A DNA stretch of 63,782 nt, the filler included, from Lenisia limosa (taxonomy: Eukaryota; Protista; Breviatea): assembly GCA_001655205.1 (NCBI GenBank). It is 9 parts of 9 records of this genome, joined end to end, with 100 filler letters (N's around TTAATTAATTAA, not from the genome) between each part and the next. Parts side by side here need not be neighbours in the genome. Positions count along the whole stretch, not along the records: positions 1 to 14,458 come from LPNZ01001111.1; 8 more parts are not named here. The stretch is one strand, 5' to 3'. Numbering within the stretch: position 1 is the first letter of the stretch; every line of letters begins with the position of its first letter. The position numbers and the translations under genes are program-made. Below the pieces are notes generated by a model. That model ran no database searches and was not told the DNA's origin. It saw only the letters and a list, made by a program, of their open reading frames with translations. Below, in pieces: positions 1-13,830 of this stretch.

Positions 1-176
1 GGTGAAGTATATTGGCGTAGCCGTACTAATCACGAACCGAATAATCTGAAACAAAAAACGGTGGGGGGTGGGGTGGGGGGTAAGGAGAGCAAATAAGTAT
101 ACGAATTCAATTCAACTCAACGATACACTCAAAAACAGTGTTTAGACAGAGCAAGCCCAAACTACTTATGTATGAA

Positions 177-3160
177 TCATGTCAAAAGAAGGTGTAGCAT
201 GAGGACAAATTGATGACAGCAGTACAAACCTCTTCGTGCGCGGAGCTTGTCAGCCTCTGAGCCAGTCTTCGGAGTGGCTTGCCGAATAACCGTCACGGGG
301 TTGATGGGCCTGCTATCCTCCTTATACATCTTGCCTCCTCGGAGCATTCGTAAAAGCGCCTGAATGATAAACAGCAGAGTCAACCCAAACAACTAAGCTT
401 GGTATGCGTTACTTCAGCAGATACTCTCCTCCTAATCCCCCCAAGGTTACCTGGGAATTAGAACCGGTGGAATCTTCCTGCGCCAAAGATGATGGGGCGT
501 TTGTTCCAACAACCACTTCAATCTGGGGTGGACAGAAGATGAGTCAAATACGATATTTACAGTACAATACTGCCATCACTGTGCGAACCTTTTCGTGAGG
601 GTGCAGGACAGGAGCCAAAGTACTGGCGGTGGACACGGTTGTGGTCCAATCAATGAGTCGGTTATTGGCCTGAGCGGTTTTAGAGAAAAACAAAAGTATA
701 CTGCTCATGTTCTTCCTTTTAAAAAAACAGATAAAACTCAATAAACATGTACCTCTCCCCGTTATACACACCTGTGCAAAGTTCTTATGGTTAATGAAGG
801 GGGCTCTCCAGTTCAGGTTGGATGCGGCAGATGACACTGGTTAGGAGGGAGTAAAATACTGCTTTTGAACTGGGAAACAAAAGAGAGTAAAATATGAATT
901 TATCAAGTAACGAAAACAAAATACAATCAACTCTACTGAAATATCTAACACTACACGGTCCCGCCATATTCCACTACCTTAGCGCGCAATAAGGGTAGGA
1001 GGGTTGAAAGGGGGCAACTAATCTATCTACAACCAGCAACGTCACTAACCTGTGGAAAAGGGTCTATTCAAGGGACTGCTTTCAGGCTGATCGGGAAGAA
1101 GACTAAACTCCACTCCAAGCTCTAGGGGGTCAATTACTCAGCACCCCAACAACACGATAGTCACCAATGCTACTACTGGGGTAGTTCAACGCACCTTCAT
1201 GGGACTCCTTCAGGATAGATGTTGCAATATCCAAAACCGCTGGTACAAGACCAGGAATCTCACAAAGGCCACCGATCGGAACTACCGTCCGAGCCATATC
1301 CTTCCACATGCCGACATCAAACTAAATGTCAAAAAGGTGGCAACTGTCCAAATTATGTGAAAATTAATTAGAAAAGAAACTGCAATAAGATGTGAGGAAC
1401 CAACTCACCCCAACTCACATAAGAGAGCGACTCGACAAGTAGTTGGGGGAGAGTTTCTAAAAGAGGGATGCAAAGGTTGACACGGGTTGCTCCAGGAACT
1501 TTTAGTATTTTTTGGTCTGAAAAGCGAGACCATGTGACATCTTCTTGAGTATCTGGAGGGGTGAGGAGGAACCATCAGTCTTTTAGCCAAAGAGCCTTGC
1601 ATACTTCCAGCTTGAATAAACCGCTGAATCGTTTGTGAGCCGGGGTAATCCAAAGAGACCTGAAGGTTGAGGAAAAAACAAAAGTTACATACTTTTATGA
1701 ATTTCAGAAATAATCACCCCCGAGCCCACTTGTTGATTGACAACGTTTTCAGAAGGGTAGGGAGGGGCAACAACTTAAAAGGTCAGATGGAGAAAGCAAG
1801 TCACAAAAAATGTACCTCTCACAACAATGTCAACATTATCCAACCTGGATGAACAGAGTCCTTGGGGACTGGAGTGCCTGGCACCGCTGCGCATTGCTCC
1901 ATCAGATCATCAAGATCCTCGTCGGTGAGCTGGAAGAGAATTGGTCTCAGCCGGGCCGGCTTCATGCCTTTGGCTGCTTTTACTCTCAAAGCCTCAACTA
2001 TTATGCGGCCTGTGATGATGACAGTGATATAGTTGACATGAATATGTACATGAATTTTCATCAGATAGTACATGTATATTATATGTATGGCTTCACTTTC
2101 GTTCGAAAAAAGACTGAATTTCTCGATAAATCTTTAACAATTATATATATTTTACCGGTATTTTTCGAACCGAAGTGAAGGAATTACTTTCAAGTAAAGG
2201 GCAAAGTAAGATTAACTGAAGGGAAGAACCCACTTCGTGTGTAGTCTCGAAGAGCTTGGCCTCCGAGGTATGAGTATGCTCCTCTTGGAATGGCGGGGAA
2301 TCCACAGACTATCTACAGTCTATTACTCACAAAAAAAACTACGATGTTGTTGGACCAACATCCAATACCGTACCAAATAGCAATATTAAGGTAACTGTAA
2401 CATTGTCATATCAATAATAAGCCATACAAAATTTTAACTTGCCTATGTGAACACCCTTCCCTTGAATGACCCACCGGTACAACATCAAGGGCTGAGAAGC
2501 CTGCCGACATCGCCAAGCAGGTCTCTGATGCTAGACCCACACCATGCGCCCACGTGACCATCCCGGCACACTCCACCTGGACTGTCAGCCAGAAAAGCTT
2601 TCAGCAAAAAGTTGAGCTGCTACAAAAGCTTCTTTATATTAAATAAATGCCATATACAATGGTAATATTTTTTTATTAGAAAGAAGTAAAAGAAGAAGAA
2701 GACAAAAGATAGGGATTGTATTGGCAAATCCTTATAAAAACCACAAACTCCAGATTGAAAAAGGTTTTCCATAAGAGCTTCACGAGCTTTTGAAGGAAAA
2801 CTGAGACTTTCAACAACCAAAACATGGTGATCAGCAAGTGTGACTGAGCATCGGCTAGAGGTGAAGTAAGGGGTTAAATGGAAGGAGGTTACTATTTGAG
2901 AAGTTCAAAAATGAAAGCCTGCCAAGCTTCTAGCCATCGCCCAGAAGTTGTATTTGAGTTATCTAATAACTAAGTGGGTTAGGAGAGCATTGGAAACGCT
3001 TCGTAAGACAAACTCTTTGAATGTAGAGAGGTGTTTTAAATGTGATTTCCGGTAATTTGGAACTAGCAAATCCACATTTAACATATTTTGAACCAATATC
3101 CAGAATAAAGGGATAGGACGTGACAACAGTTTTAAATAAAGGGTCTTCAAGGTCCTCCAT
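177..3160 (-). CDS. ACTR10: Actin-related protein, ACTR10/Arp11 (dynactin)-like; multi-exon, 3' end uncertain
   Basis: Exons joined by GT-AG introns give MEDLEDPLF...ILDIGSKYVKCGFA (actin phosphate-1 motif), DHHVLVVESLSFPSKAREALMENLFQ, IVCGFPAIPRGAYSYLGGQAL, TDEDLDDLMEQC, KILKVPGATRVNL, MARTVVPIGGLCEIPGL and NRLIDW. These are colinear with ACTR10 segments as I recall them; the subfamily call is not from a database search. Confidence 0.72.
2089..2181. mobile_element. ~95-bp palindromic MITE-like element (family P95), in an ACTR10 intron
   Basis: GGCTTCACTTTCGTTCGAAAAAAGAC...TTTTTCGAACCGAAGTGAAGG terminal inverted repeats. Confidence 0.75.
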
Positions 3161-3515
3161 TTAGACTTCTGAGGTTATAAACGTCTCTTTTATACTCTCT
3201 TCACAATATTTTGAATTTTCAACTCTTTTTTTTTTGTTAAATTGTAATTGTTATAAAAGAATCCCCAGGTAAAAACATATAAAAGAGATTTTGCTTTTTT
3301 TACTTCAGCACGATTTGAGCACGATAGCACGATTATACTTGACTATTACACAGTGTAATACGGTAATACATTTTAAACAATATTTATTCTTTAAAATCTG
3401 AGTCAAACCCTGAGTGCTAGTATTCCCTAAATTTTTAAAGCCAGTGCACCATTGCTGATTTCGTTTATTGAGATAAAGCGTGAGATAAGAACACAGCCAG
3501 AAGTAGCTTGTCAAG

Positions 3516-6500
3516 ATGGAGGACGAAGATTGGTAAGAGTCCTTTGATCGATGTCTTTGTAAAGATACATGCTCATATACCAACTACACGTTATTTGTTT
3601 GCAATATTAACACTGATACAGTCCAATCTGCTGTGATCGGATGGATTATGGAGACTTGAACATCTTCCCATGTCCATGCAATTTCCAGGTTTGCCCTCTG
3701 TAGTGCATTATTATGTTATTTTGATCTGATAAACTCAGTTTTGGTGGGTTAATCCGATTACCCTCTTTGGTCTTCCACACCATAGTATTGAAATGATTTT
3801 TGAATATTGACAGTGTTGGGAGTGAAACGCTATTGTCTGCAACTATTGATATTGGCTGTTCCTATGACCAGTTTATTGGTATTTATTAAATTTTTCTGGA
3901 GAATATTGAGAACAACAGTTTCAACGTATTGCTCTTGACTGACTCTTCAGCTGTGTTCCTTCTGCTTGCACAACTTGATGAATGAAGAAAGTCCGAATTG
4001 TCCAGCTTGTCGAAGAAGATACGACCCCAAAGACCTTGTCAGAAAGCGCTCGCCTGAAGAGTGGGTTGGGTGACGCTATCTGCTTGTGATGCCAACTGTA
4101 TGGACGATTACCTCAGTCTTTGGCCAGACTGACGTTTGAACTTCTCAGGTTGTGTTTGGTATTGTAAACTATGTATTATTATATACTATTCTATATTTAG
4201 ATATGATAAACAGTACAAGTGTTTAGAAAAATCTTCCTCGGATTCTAACATCTTGTTTAGACTGAAACAATACATCAAAGAACTGAAGCAGCAGAAGACT
4301 GTGAAGAAGAACAAAGAAAAGGCCCGAAAAGCCAACCTTAACTCGGTGAGGGACAACTTTGTCATTTGTTGTGTACTCACCCTGTGATGCTGCAGAAGAC
4401 AAGAGATTCTATACACTTCATGTATTATTCTGTTGATTTAATGATGATATATATCTACCCCACCTGTAACATTCAGGTCTGTGTCGTACGAAGAACTCTC
4501 GTCTACATGATTGGCATCCCCTCCATCTATGCTACTGAAGAGGTTTGTTTTTGAACCTCCACTCCTCTCTTCATTGAATAATAATAATAATAAAAATTAC
4601 TGGCAATATAAGCGCTTATTAGAAAAAATTTTAAGCTGTTTGACCAATGTGACCTCTTTAGATTCTTCGCAGACCGGAGTACCTCGGGCAATTTGGAGAA
4701 ATTCCTAAAATGGTGGTCCAAAAGCCACGCAACAACAAAAACAGAGATAAATGTGGGGTTTTGGTGTTATGGTCCGCAGATTGTGCTTGTTCTCTTATTA
4801 TCTTGTTCGAAGTTGTAACTATTTTAAACCGAATCTTGTGACTTTGTTTTCTTTATTGCTTCAAGTCAGGTAATAACAGTGTACCTAGGTTCTGCGCACA
4901 TTACCTTCGCACGGGAAGAAGATGCGCTTGCTTGCATTCTTGGGACAGACTGTATCAAAGCCGGTGGCGGCACTTTGAGGTGGGTACTTTGATCTGGATG
5001 TACAATACAGAGGGATCTTGAACCTCGCTTAATAAGGTGCCGTTTTCAAGTGATAACCCCCTTAGGTCAGCGTTTGGCACCACGAAGTACTGCAGCTTCT
5101 TCCTGCGTGATAGTTCATGCGCTGTGCCTGACTGCCTCTTTCTCCACGAAATGGCTCCTGAAGTAGGCCGGCCAAATTCACTCACTTCCGATCCGGAAAT
5201 GTCACGTATGCAATTTGGTTTCATCCACAACCTTCACCCTTTCACCCCCTCCCCCACACCAGGCTGACACATTCCCTCGTGAAGACAGCCATACTATTAC
5301 GGATGCCTTTTTCGCAGCTTCAAGACCCCAAGCGCACATCACAAGTATGGGGCTGCTGTTTTGTCTCCGTAGATGGTCATCCAATACTTATTTCTGTTTT
5401 GTTATTTGCTGCAATAATTGTTTTAGACTTGAAATCCTATCGCATCACCTGGTTTGAAGGGGTCATTAAAATGAACGAGATTCAGCGAAACTATAATCGT
5501 ATCGATATCTGTTGTCAACTTTTACCTCTTCTAGGCCTTCCCTCTCAAGTACACATCCAGCCACCCTTCCCCCACAGGTTTGTATTCACATATATTTTGT
5601 ACGATTATGACAATGTTATTTACGGTTATTAACGAAAACACAGACCAAACTTGTCATATCCGAGACCCCTACCCCCAAAGCCACTTCCAAACCCAAATCT
5701 GAGCCTCTCATAGCAACACCATCACCAAATCCGACCGAGCCAGCATCCGAGCCATCGGAGGTGGCACAGGAGCAAAAGTCCAGCAAGAAGGAACTGAGGT
5801 CGGACTACAAAGTATTGGAACCGAAAAAGAAGAAGTTTAGCAAAGCAATTAAGGTCGCCCAGGATGAGGTGAAGGAGGAGAAGAAGGAGAAAAAAGACAA
5901 AGCAAAATACACCAAGAAAGAAGAAAAGGAGACAAATCAAGAATCTAAGGTCGTGGAGACGATAGCTGAAGAGCCAGCAGCCGCTAAACCCGAACTGGTG
6001 ATTGAGGCCAATGCTGAGGTTTGTCGGGGTTTGATTCGGCATTCACAGATGCGTTAATGTTCAGTATTTTATTGTAGTGTTGTAGAATTATTGTAGGGTT
6101 GTTATTGTGTTCGCATTCACATAATTAACATGCTTTAGAAGCTTCCCGTCTCTGAACCACGGAATGGGAAGAAGTCGAAGAAGTTTAAGGGCAAAGTACG
6201 CGGGGGTGCTCTTGAATGGAATATTTATTGATGACGCTATTGTGGGATTGTGAATGAGGGATTGAAGTAATCTAATATATGATAACACTCCTTTGAGTGA
6301 TATAGAATGACGAGCCTGAGCAGCCGCCCCAAAATGAGGTGGTGGCAGTGGAAGAAAACATACAGAAGAAGGAGGAGGATAAGAAAGAAGAGGTGAAGAA
6401 GAAGCAGAAAGAAAAAAGAAGTGACAAGAAAGGTGACAAGAAGTTGAAAAAGGAAGAGGCAAAGGAAGAAAAGAAGGTTGAAGAAAAGAAGGTGGAAGAA

Positions 6501-8100
6501 AAGAAGGAAGAAAACGTTGAACCAGCACCTTATGTGAAACCGACAAAGAAAAGTAAAGTAGGATTGGGTATTTTGCATTTATCATTTATAATTAGTGTTT
6601 CTTACTTATTCCTCAAATTACATTTGATATGCTTGACTTTTTTTTAGCGAAAAGAGAGGAAGAAACAAGAGTCAAGCACCATCCCCGCATCTGAGCCTGT
6701 TGAACCGCTTCCGGTAGCTTCTGATACACTTCCGATAGCTTCCGACCCGGTTGTGATTGCGGCCGAGGCTGAACCAGAACAGGACGCAATGTCCACTTCA
6801 ATGGTGGATGGCATTCTCAAGTCAGATGAAGACGAAGGCCCGATCGTGGATCAAATTGCTGTTGTTGAGCACGTTCTCAAGCCTGTGGCGGCTCCGATCT
6901 CGGAGAACCCGTCGCTATCCGACATCTTCCGACATATTGCAGTGACGCCTTCGCCCTCCTCATCAGTTGCGAAAGCGAAGCAGCAGAAAGTGGTATGTAG
7001 GGGTGTCGGCTAATCATCTCCTGATATTATATGAAGGAATAGGTGACTGATGTTGTGTTTATGATAGTGGGATGCCCGATAATTTGTTTAGGAATCAAGT
7101 CCATCAGAACCGCTTCTGCCAGAGCCACAACCTCCCATGGACGTAAGCTGATAGTGTGTATTTTCATCATCTCAAGGCCAGATATACACTTGTTGCCTTT
7201 GAAGGCCAGGTTCATCAGCAGCTAATGATTCAGAATTCGAGTGTGAAGTTGCCGGAAGTGCTATATGAAGACGTGGCAAACCTTCTACCGCCGGGCCCGT
7301 CACCTTCCCTCCCCTTCATGCCCGGATTCCAACAGGAGGAGTTCAGACGGCAGCCAATTGTGGGGGTAGCAGTTTTCATTGAAGGCAGCTTTTTGTTTTG
7401 ATGGAGCTTTGTCAGTTCAGATTCTCACACCGTAGTTCTACAACCCCCCCTTCCAGCAACCTTACTACAACCCTGTCCCCCCAATGCACGCCCCTCCCGG
7501 ATACTCCCAACCCACAATGCAGCCGCAGTGGAGCCACCCCGCACCCCCTCAAAACTACTATAACCAATGGGCACCCCAGCAACATGGTATACAACTGCGG
7601 GTGCCTTGTGTTTTATTTTCTCAAGATATTTATTTTGTAAAAAGCACCCTTTTTTTACCGAGTAGAGTACCAGCAGCCACTGTCACACGCCTGGCCGCAT
7701 CCCCCGCATTTGGATTACCCCGTGAGGATGGGTTTTTGACAGTCATGTTACGTCTTCCCCGGGTAGTACTTGAAAACAATTCTTAATCAAGTGAAGTCAG
7801 TGCATTTCACCCTTTAGATGCCGCCACCGCCGCAGCGTATGGAGTATTCCTCTCACCCACCACATCCAGCTGACCGCTCACATAGTTCCCCATCGTAAGA
7901 CTTGGCTCTTCATTCCACGACCGCCTTGGTTTGTGCGTAACTTAGTAGGAGATTTCCGCCGCATCCGACTGAGCAGTCAACTGCTGCGCAGGACCTTTTT
8001 TCAAACTTTATAAAAGCTCCAGAAGGTTTGTGTGACCTTGGTTGATTCGTCTTTTGCTGCAATCCGTTTGATCTTTTCAGGGCAAATGGCATACCACTAG
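3516..8100 (+). CDS. CNOT4: CCR4-NOT E3 ubiquitin ligase subunit Not4 (RING, RRM, CCCH zinc finger, long low-complexity C-terminus)
   Basis: ATG at 3516, MEDEDC|PICCDRMDYGDLNIFPCPCNFQ...CLHNLMNEESPNCPACRRRY (C4C4 RING). RRM segments: VVRRTLVYMIGIP, ILRRPEYLGQFGEI, SAHITFAREEDA. Zinc finger: LRSAFGTTKYCSFFLRDSSCAVPDCLFLHE. Lys/Glu-rich and Pro/Gln-rich exons follow, with an inferred TAG at 8098-8100. Confidence 0.92.
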
Positions 8101-8233
8101 GAGACACTCAGTAAAAATGTCACTAAAAATGAAGCTTTTGAGTGACTGCGATGGAGTGCTCTTTGGCTGTACCAGAAATCATACGCTACAAAGGGAGCCA
8201 ACTTTCCAATTACCAAATACATTGCACCACAAG

Positions 8234-10475
8234 TTAGAACTCCTTTCCAAAAACCCACGTTTGTACCATTTGATTTGACGCCGCCGGACGGTCATGGGGG
8301 ACCAGGTGCCCAGCATTTGGCAGAGTAATCTGGGATAGTAAACAAAATATGAAGATTTATACTCTGCTCTCGTTAACCCCCACCATAGTCAGCTTATCAA
8401 GCTTCTTCACAAAGAGAGGAGAGCCATCAGCAGTTTGCACAATCTAGAGGGTCAATAGTGGCATCAACTTAAATGGGTAAAAAACAAACAACATTATATC
8501 TACCCTGTATTTACAACGGACCTTGCGAGAGGTCTGCCTCCATTCGGCAGTGGAATGCCACTGAAGATGCCACATGATAGTCTCCAGTCCCAAATTGTTG
8601 CATGACAGATCAAGATTGCCAGCGTAGAGAAGAACCTCAAAGTGGTCTACCAGGTTAGCAACAGTATGCAGTGCACTATGAAGGAGACAGCTCACCGAAA
8701 AGGGCCGGGAACAGGTGAGTGTTAGTTCTAAACACGTCATGCTGGAGATGGTCGTTGACTGGTCCTGTACCGTCGGCATTCTGGGGGAGGACAGAAATTA
8801 CGACTGTCATTCTAATATGATACGGACTGCATTCAGCCAGTGCCTCACCTGCCAGTCGATTCCTGAGGTGTGCAGTGCAAGCCTGACATCCTCTCTTGCG
8901 AAGTAACGATCCTGTACCGTCAACCAAAATCCTTACGTATAGAAAAACAAGGTTGTATCTGGCCAAAGCTGTCCACACCATCACGTTTAAAGAGATGGAA
9001 AGTTTGGAATATTAAATCTTTTTTTAGTTTCTCAATCTACCCAGCCTCACCAGCATGGAAAAGTCCCAATCTTGAAACAGACGCACATCATACACGTTGA
9101 CATCATCAGCACATTTGATGATGTACTCCTCAATATCGGTACAGGGTTGGAAAGCCTCAAAGAACTTCCCATGTTTGATCAGGGATATGCAATAGTCGTA
9201 CTGACGGAGGGCTTCCCTAGAATATCAAAGGCTATTCTGATGACAAGCTCATGAGTGCTACCAAATAAAGAAACACGTGACCCACTCGCGTTGTATGGTA
9301 TCAATAAGTCCAATGGAGGTGGCCATGTCAATCTCGGCCATAATCTAAAATGGTCACAAAAACACTCACAGCCATGGACTTGCGTGAAATAGAAATACCA
9401 CATCTCCTTTGGAATTACCTGGGTAGGGGGATCGTACCACCCGTCACCAACAGCCATATGAGTGAGGTTGACAGTGTCCTTTCCTGCCTTTTGTCTGAAT
9501 GGGTCACGCATGAATGATAAAGTAATATCTACTACAAACATGGCCTGACACAATGACTAAAGATAAAGCTCAATCTGTGTCAGGACTTATCGCGGTCAGT
9601 GTAGGAATATTATATAATTATATGATGTACTATTGGTATGTGGGTCACTGGCATCCAATCATTAGGTTAATGAAGCCCTTCCAACCTCTTCATAATCTCC
9701 GTCGAGATGTACGGGACATACTTTCCTCCATAGCTCTCACCCATAAAGACGACACGCTGCTTCTTGTACTCTGGGTGCAAGGCCAGGAAGCCCTCCATCG
9801 CTACAAGGTCATTGAGGCATATTACACTGGTGTCAAACCATAGAGCATATACTGACATCAGACAATCCTTATATCATCTTCTGAACACGCTACAACTGAC
9901 ACCCCCAACCATCAGTGAACTGAACTGAAAGCTGCTCTTCAGTATCCATGTAACCTCCATCATTGACATAGGAAAATCCTGTACCAACCTAGGCTGTAAA
10001 ATGCCACACTAAAACTCCATGACAGAGCATAAAAGGCATAAAGATAAGGTGATCGTGCGGAAATGAAGTGACCAAAGGGGGTGGCCATACATACCGGCTG
10101 ATCCCAAAAGATGCAATGCATGTGACGACACCAAGTGTCCTTGTTTGTCTTGACAACCAAGTTGCTATCCAGAGTCAGGGGACCTGGATTGTGAGCGGTG
10201 GTACAATTGCTTGACCAAAAGGCTCATCACTCACTAATGATTTCACAAAAAAGCACACTATGACCATCGAAATTTCCTCTTCATCGAAATTTCCTTCGTT
10301 TTACTCCTCCTCCCCCCTACCCAGCTCCTTGAAGAGCCCCATCATGCCTGGAGAATGAGAAAAATCCATTTAAGACAAGGATATCATACTCTTACACCAG
10401 CCTCCTACTTGAGGCACCCGGGCCGCCGTTGATCCAAATCAAGAGGGGGGTGTCTGGAAGATCAGAGGGTCCGTG
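8234..10475 (-). CDS. Serine carboxypeptidase (peptidase S10); 5' end lies in or beyond the N gap at 10476-10649
   Basis: PLLIWINGGPGAS|SMMGLFKELG, VFMGESYGGKYVP (catalytic Ser), VGDGWYDPPTQ, LLYAGNLDLSCN (catalytic Asp), NAGHLVPHDRP (catalytic His), then TAA at 8234-8236. Confidence 0.92.
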
Positions 10476-10916
10476 NNNNNNNNNNNNNNNNNNNNNNNNN
10501 NNNNNNNNNNNNNNNNNNNNNNNNNNNNNNNNNNNNNNNNNNNNNNNNNNNNNNNNNNNNNNNNNNNNNNNNNNNNNNNNNNNNNNNNNNNNNNNNNNNN
10601 NNNNNNNNNNNNNNNNNNNNNNNNNNNNNNNNNNNNNNNNNNNNNNNNNAGATGGGGAAAAGGGGGGGTGCTTCGGGCACCTGTCACCAAAACTCCATCA
10701 TGTGTTACGACAAAGAACATTCCAGAACAATAAGTGTCCTATCGGGAAATATATTCAGCATACTCGAATATACTTTGGATCTGGATAGAAATAAGGAGCA
10801 GGGTAACAATCCCAAAACATATCTCAACAAATGGGACAGGGGGGTAGGCCAGNNNNNNNNNNNNNNNNNNNNNNNNNNNNNNNNNNNNNNNNNNNNNNNN
10901 NNNNNNNNNNNNNNNN

Positions 10917-13830
10917 NNACATCAGAAGCGGACCCAAAAAAGAGATGCGTGTTGGAACACCCAAGCCACAAAAACAACAAAAAAATGCTTTCCAACTGCT
11001 ACAAACCTTTTTTGGCTTCAGAGGCTTCAAAGAACCAATAGAAGAGATTGGCGTTGGTAGTGTTATTGACATTGATGTGTCCAGCATAGGACCTGACAGG
11101 GAGCGTGAAATCGCCTTTTTGACCGCTGGGGATGGTATGTACTCGATCGTGAGAAGCGAATACTGCGGTAATGGCACACTAGAGAGAGTTACAAGGAGGA
11201 GAAAAGCGGATAACTCACGAGTAAGACAACGAACGGAAGAACCGCCGCTGTATTTAGAAACTTCATTGTGATGTATCTGGATATATACTGGTATGTGTGA
11301 ATTTGGTGCGCTGTTTGGTGATTTTATTTTTGGCAAAGTAAACTGATTTTTGTAAACCGTGGGGTAGTGTATAATCCGCCTTTTGCCCCCAAGCCTAGCT
11401 TCAGCTGCCGCGCTTGCCCGTTGACGTTTTGTAGGAACCTAGGAGGAATAGTCGTGCATGCAACCATGGACTAAGTAATGGACATCTTCTCCCCACTAAT
11501 GACCACGTCAATGATGGAGGGAGGATGTCCATGTAACACAGCGGGGTCAGCCTTCCAGATGCCAGGGCTACCATCTGTCCAGGCCTTCTTTTCTGACAGC
11601 GACGATAGTGATGAAGACGATGAAGTTGAGGATCTTGAGATTTCAGGTGATTGGGGGGAAATGCCAAACTGATAGAAATATATGTCAGTTATTGGGATTG
11701 AAAGGTGGTTTCCTTTTTATTGTTTTTTTGTCGTGTGAGTCCCATCATCTTGAGATATTTGGATTCTTTCTCATTACTCCTTCCACCCCATTGGCTGATA
11801 ATTCAGGAGCTGTTCTGGAGACGATAAACGACACAGCAGAGACACGGAGACTCACCAGGTGTCTTTGGTCTAGTCTTGACCCTGGTTGGTACAACAAATC
11901 GCAAAGAAAAATAAAATTCTATCATTTGCCTGCCAAGATTTCATTTTTCACAGATATGCTGATTGATGATGTCTCTCTTGGCCCCTTCGAAGAAGTCAAA
12001 CGATGGTACTCACCAAGGGCGTATTCAATCGCTAACAGAGTAGTAGGGCTTCTCATGGATGATTATCTTCTATAATTCTCAAACCTCGAGTTTTATACCG
12101 TTGAAAATCTGTTTTTTTGCTTTGTTTACCTCCTATTTTATTATTAGGTATTTGGTTTTGACTGCTGGAATACTGCCATAGTTCAAGTTCAGACCCTATT
12201 TTTGGTATGTTTGGGTATTTTTTATATATTTTTTTCTTTTTTATGTTTGGGCCTTCTTTTACGGTTCGTTCTTTCAATATACCTTTTTGGGGACTCAATG
12301 ATACTTTTTTTTTACATATCGGAACCTTGAAAAGTCAGATAAGAGTGTAATAAAAAAAAAACCGTTAATATTCTCCATGTTCAAAAAACAACATCCAAGA
12401 AAGAATGTAGAATAGTCACCTTTTAAAACGATGTAATTTAAGCACCAACCAGATAACCTCAAATCGAGGGGTTTGTATGTCTGATACCTCGCCCAACAGC
12501 TTCATCACGCCTTGAATTTCACACCATAATAAAGCGTTCAATTAAGTTTTTACAACATAACAAACACAAATAGTTTTACTTCAAAGAGAGAAACTCCATT
12601 TCAGTCAGACTTGATCAGTGTGTATGAATCCCCATTGCTAATAGGTACCTTTTCGGGAACGCACGAAAGTGTGGTTGCTCACCCACAGATTTAAAAATCT
12701 GACCTCTATCGTAGGAGTTAAACCAAGTGAAAGGGGCTTCTTTGTCCTTCTTGAATGAATAAATTTCTTAAAATTGCAAAAATAAAAGGGGGGAGAAAAA
12801 AAAATAATGCGTGATTGAAAAAGCAGTTCAGTTCATAAAGACAATCACCTCCTCTCCATATTCCCTCGGGACTGGCATCCTTAGTGAATATGCTATAATG
12901 TGATAGATATTGATTTTTATTGTTGAGGGTATCGGGATACGTAATACTCGAGGACAAGATTGAAAGAAAATTATAAGAAAAAGCCCCTACTCTCTTTTTG
13001 AATTCGTGGTTGGTACCTACACCCCCGCTATTCTTCTAAACAATTCTTCATCCCCGCTAAGAAGAGAAGATACATCCGTATTCACTCTGCAGAAGAAAGA
13101 GCCACTGACGCGGATATGGAGCACAGAAGTGGAAGTGACTCTCAACTTCGAGCTCACAGACAAGGAGTTCGTCATTGAAGGTGCGTATGATATTCCGTCT
13201 TCATTTTCAAATAGTTTTGGTGAATATTGTCAAAAGATGCCTTTCAACGAATATTCCTTATTTCACTCCTTATTTCACTCAGGTCATGGAGTCTTTGACG
13301 AGGTTCGTGACAATAAGCTTGAAGCAGTACGACGGTTGGAGGTGTAAAGGAACGATCCTTCCTATTACCATTTCTTAACAAACCAGGGCCAAGAAAGCCG
13401 CAATAGATCAGGCGTTTAAAGATGCACTTGCCAAGGTAAGCTTTATTTATGGAAACAGTTGGTCTAACAGTAATTTATTTCAACAAGGTACCATACAACG
13501 TTTTTTTTTTCTCAATATTGAGTCAAAATTAAGTACTGAACACTGTAGGCCCTGTGGCATTTTGAAATTAATTGGGAGTGGGTAGGCTCCCTTCGATACT
13601 AATCCAATGGTGTGTTTCTGTTCTTAAATGTTTCTCTTTTCTTTTTAGTTTATTTAATGTACCATAGCAAGTTTACGGGTATCAGATACAATACTAGATT
13701 TTTTTTAATATCCTTTATTATTATAGCAATCTAACGCAGCGAAGAGAAACAGGACATTATTAGACAAATCATCAAAGGCTCCAAAGAAAATAATATTACA
13801 GAAAACAGAAATTTGCTTGGGCGTTAGGCC
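10917..13830 (+). CDS. Unassigned multi-exon gene
   Basis: Coding-like segments flanked by AG/GT: PKKEMRVGTPK...REIAFLTAGDG, an acidic SDSDDSDEDDEVEDLEIS, AVLETINDTAETRRLTR, MLIDDVSLGPFEEVKRW, EPLTRIWSTEVEVTLNFELTDKEFVIE, GHGVFDEVRDNKLEAVRRLE, AKKAAIDQAFKDALAK. No family recognised and exon phases not fully resolved. Confidence 0.45.

Noticed and set aside
10429-11041. Long ORFs containing X runs (also at 27.3-28.1, 31.8-32.7 and 44.9-45.3 kb)
   Set aside because: They exist only because N gaps contain no stop codons.
11401-11500. Variant genetic code suggested by in-frame stops (e.g. ATMD*VMDIF here, and stop-rich frames at 38-39, 44 and 59-60 kb)
   Set aside because: Conserved exons of CNOT4, S10, GGH, ERCC6L-like and the kinase have no in-frame stops, and genes end in TAA or TAG at sensible positions. 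Stop densities in the right half are close to random expectation.
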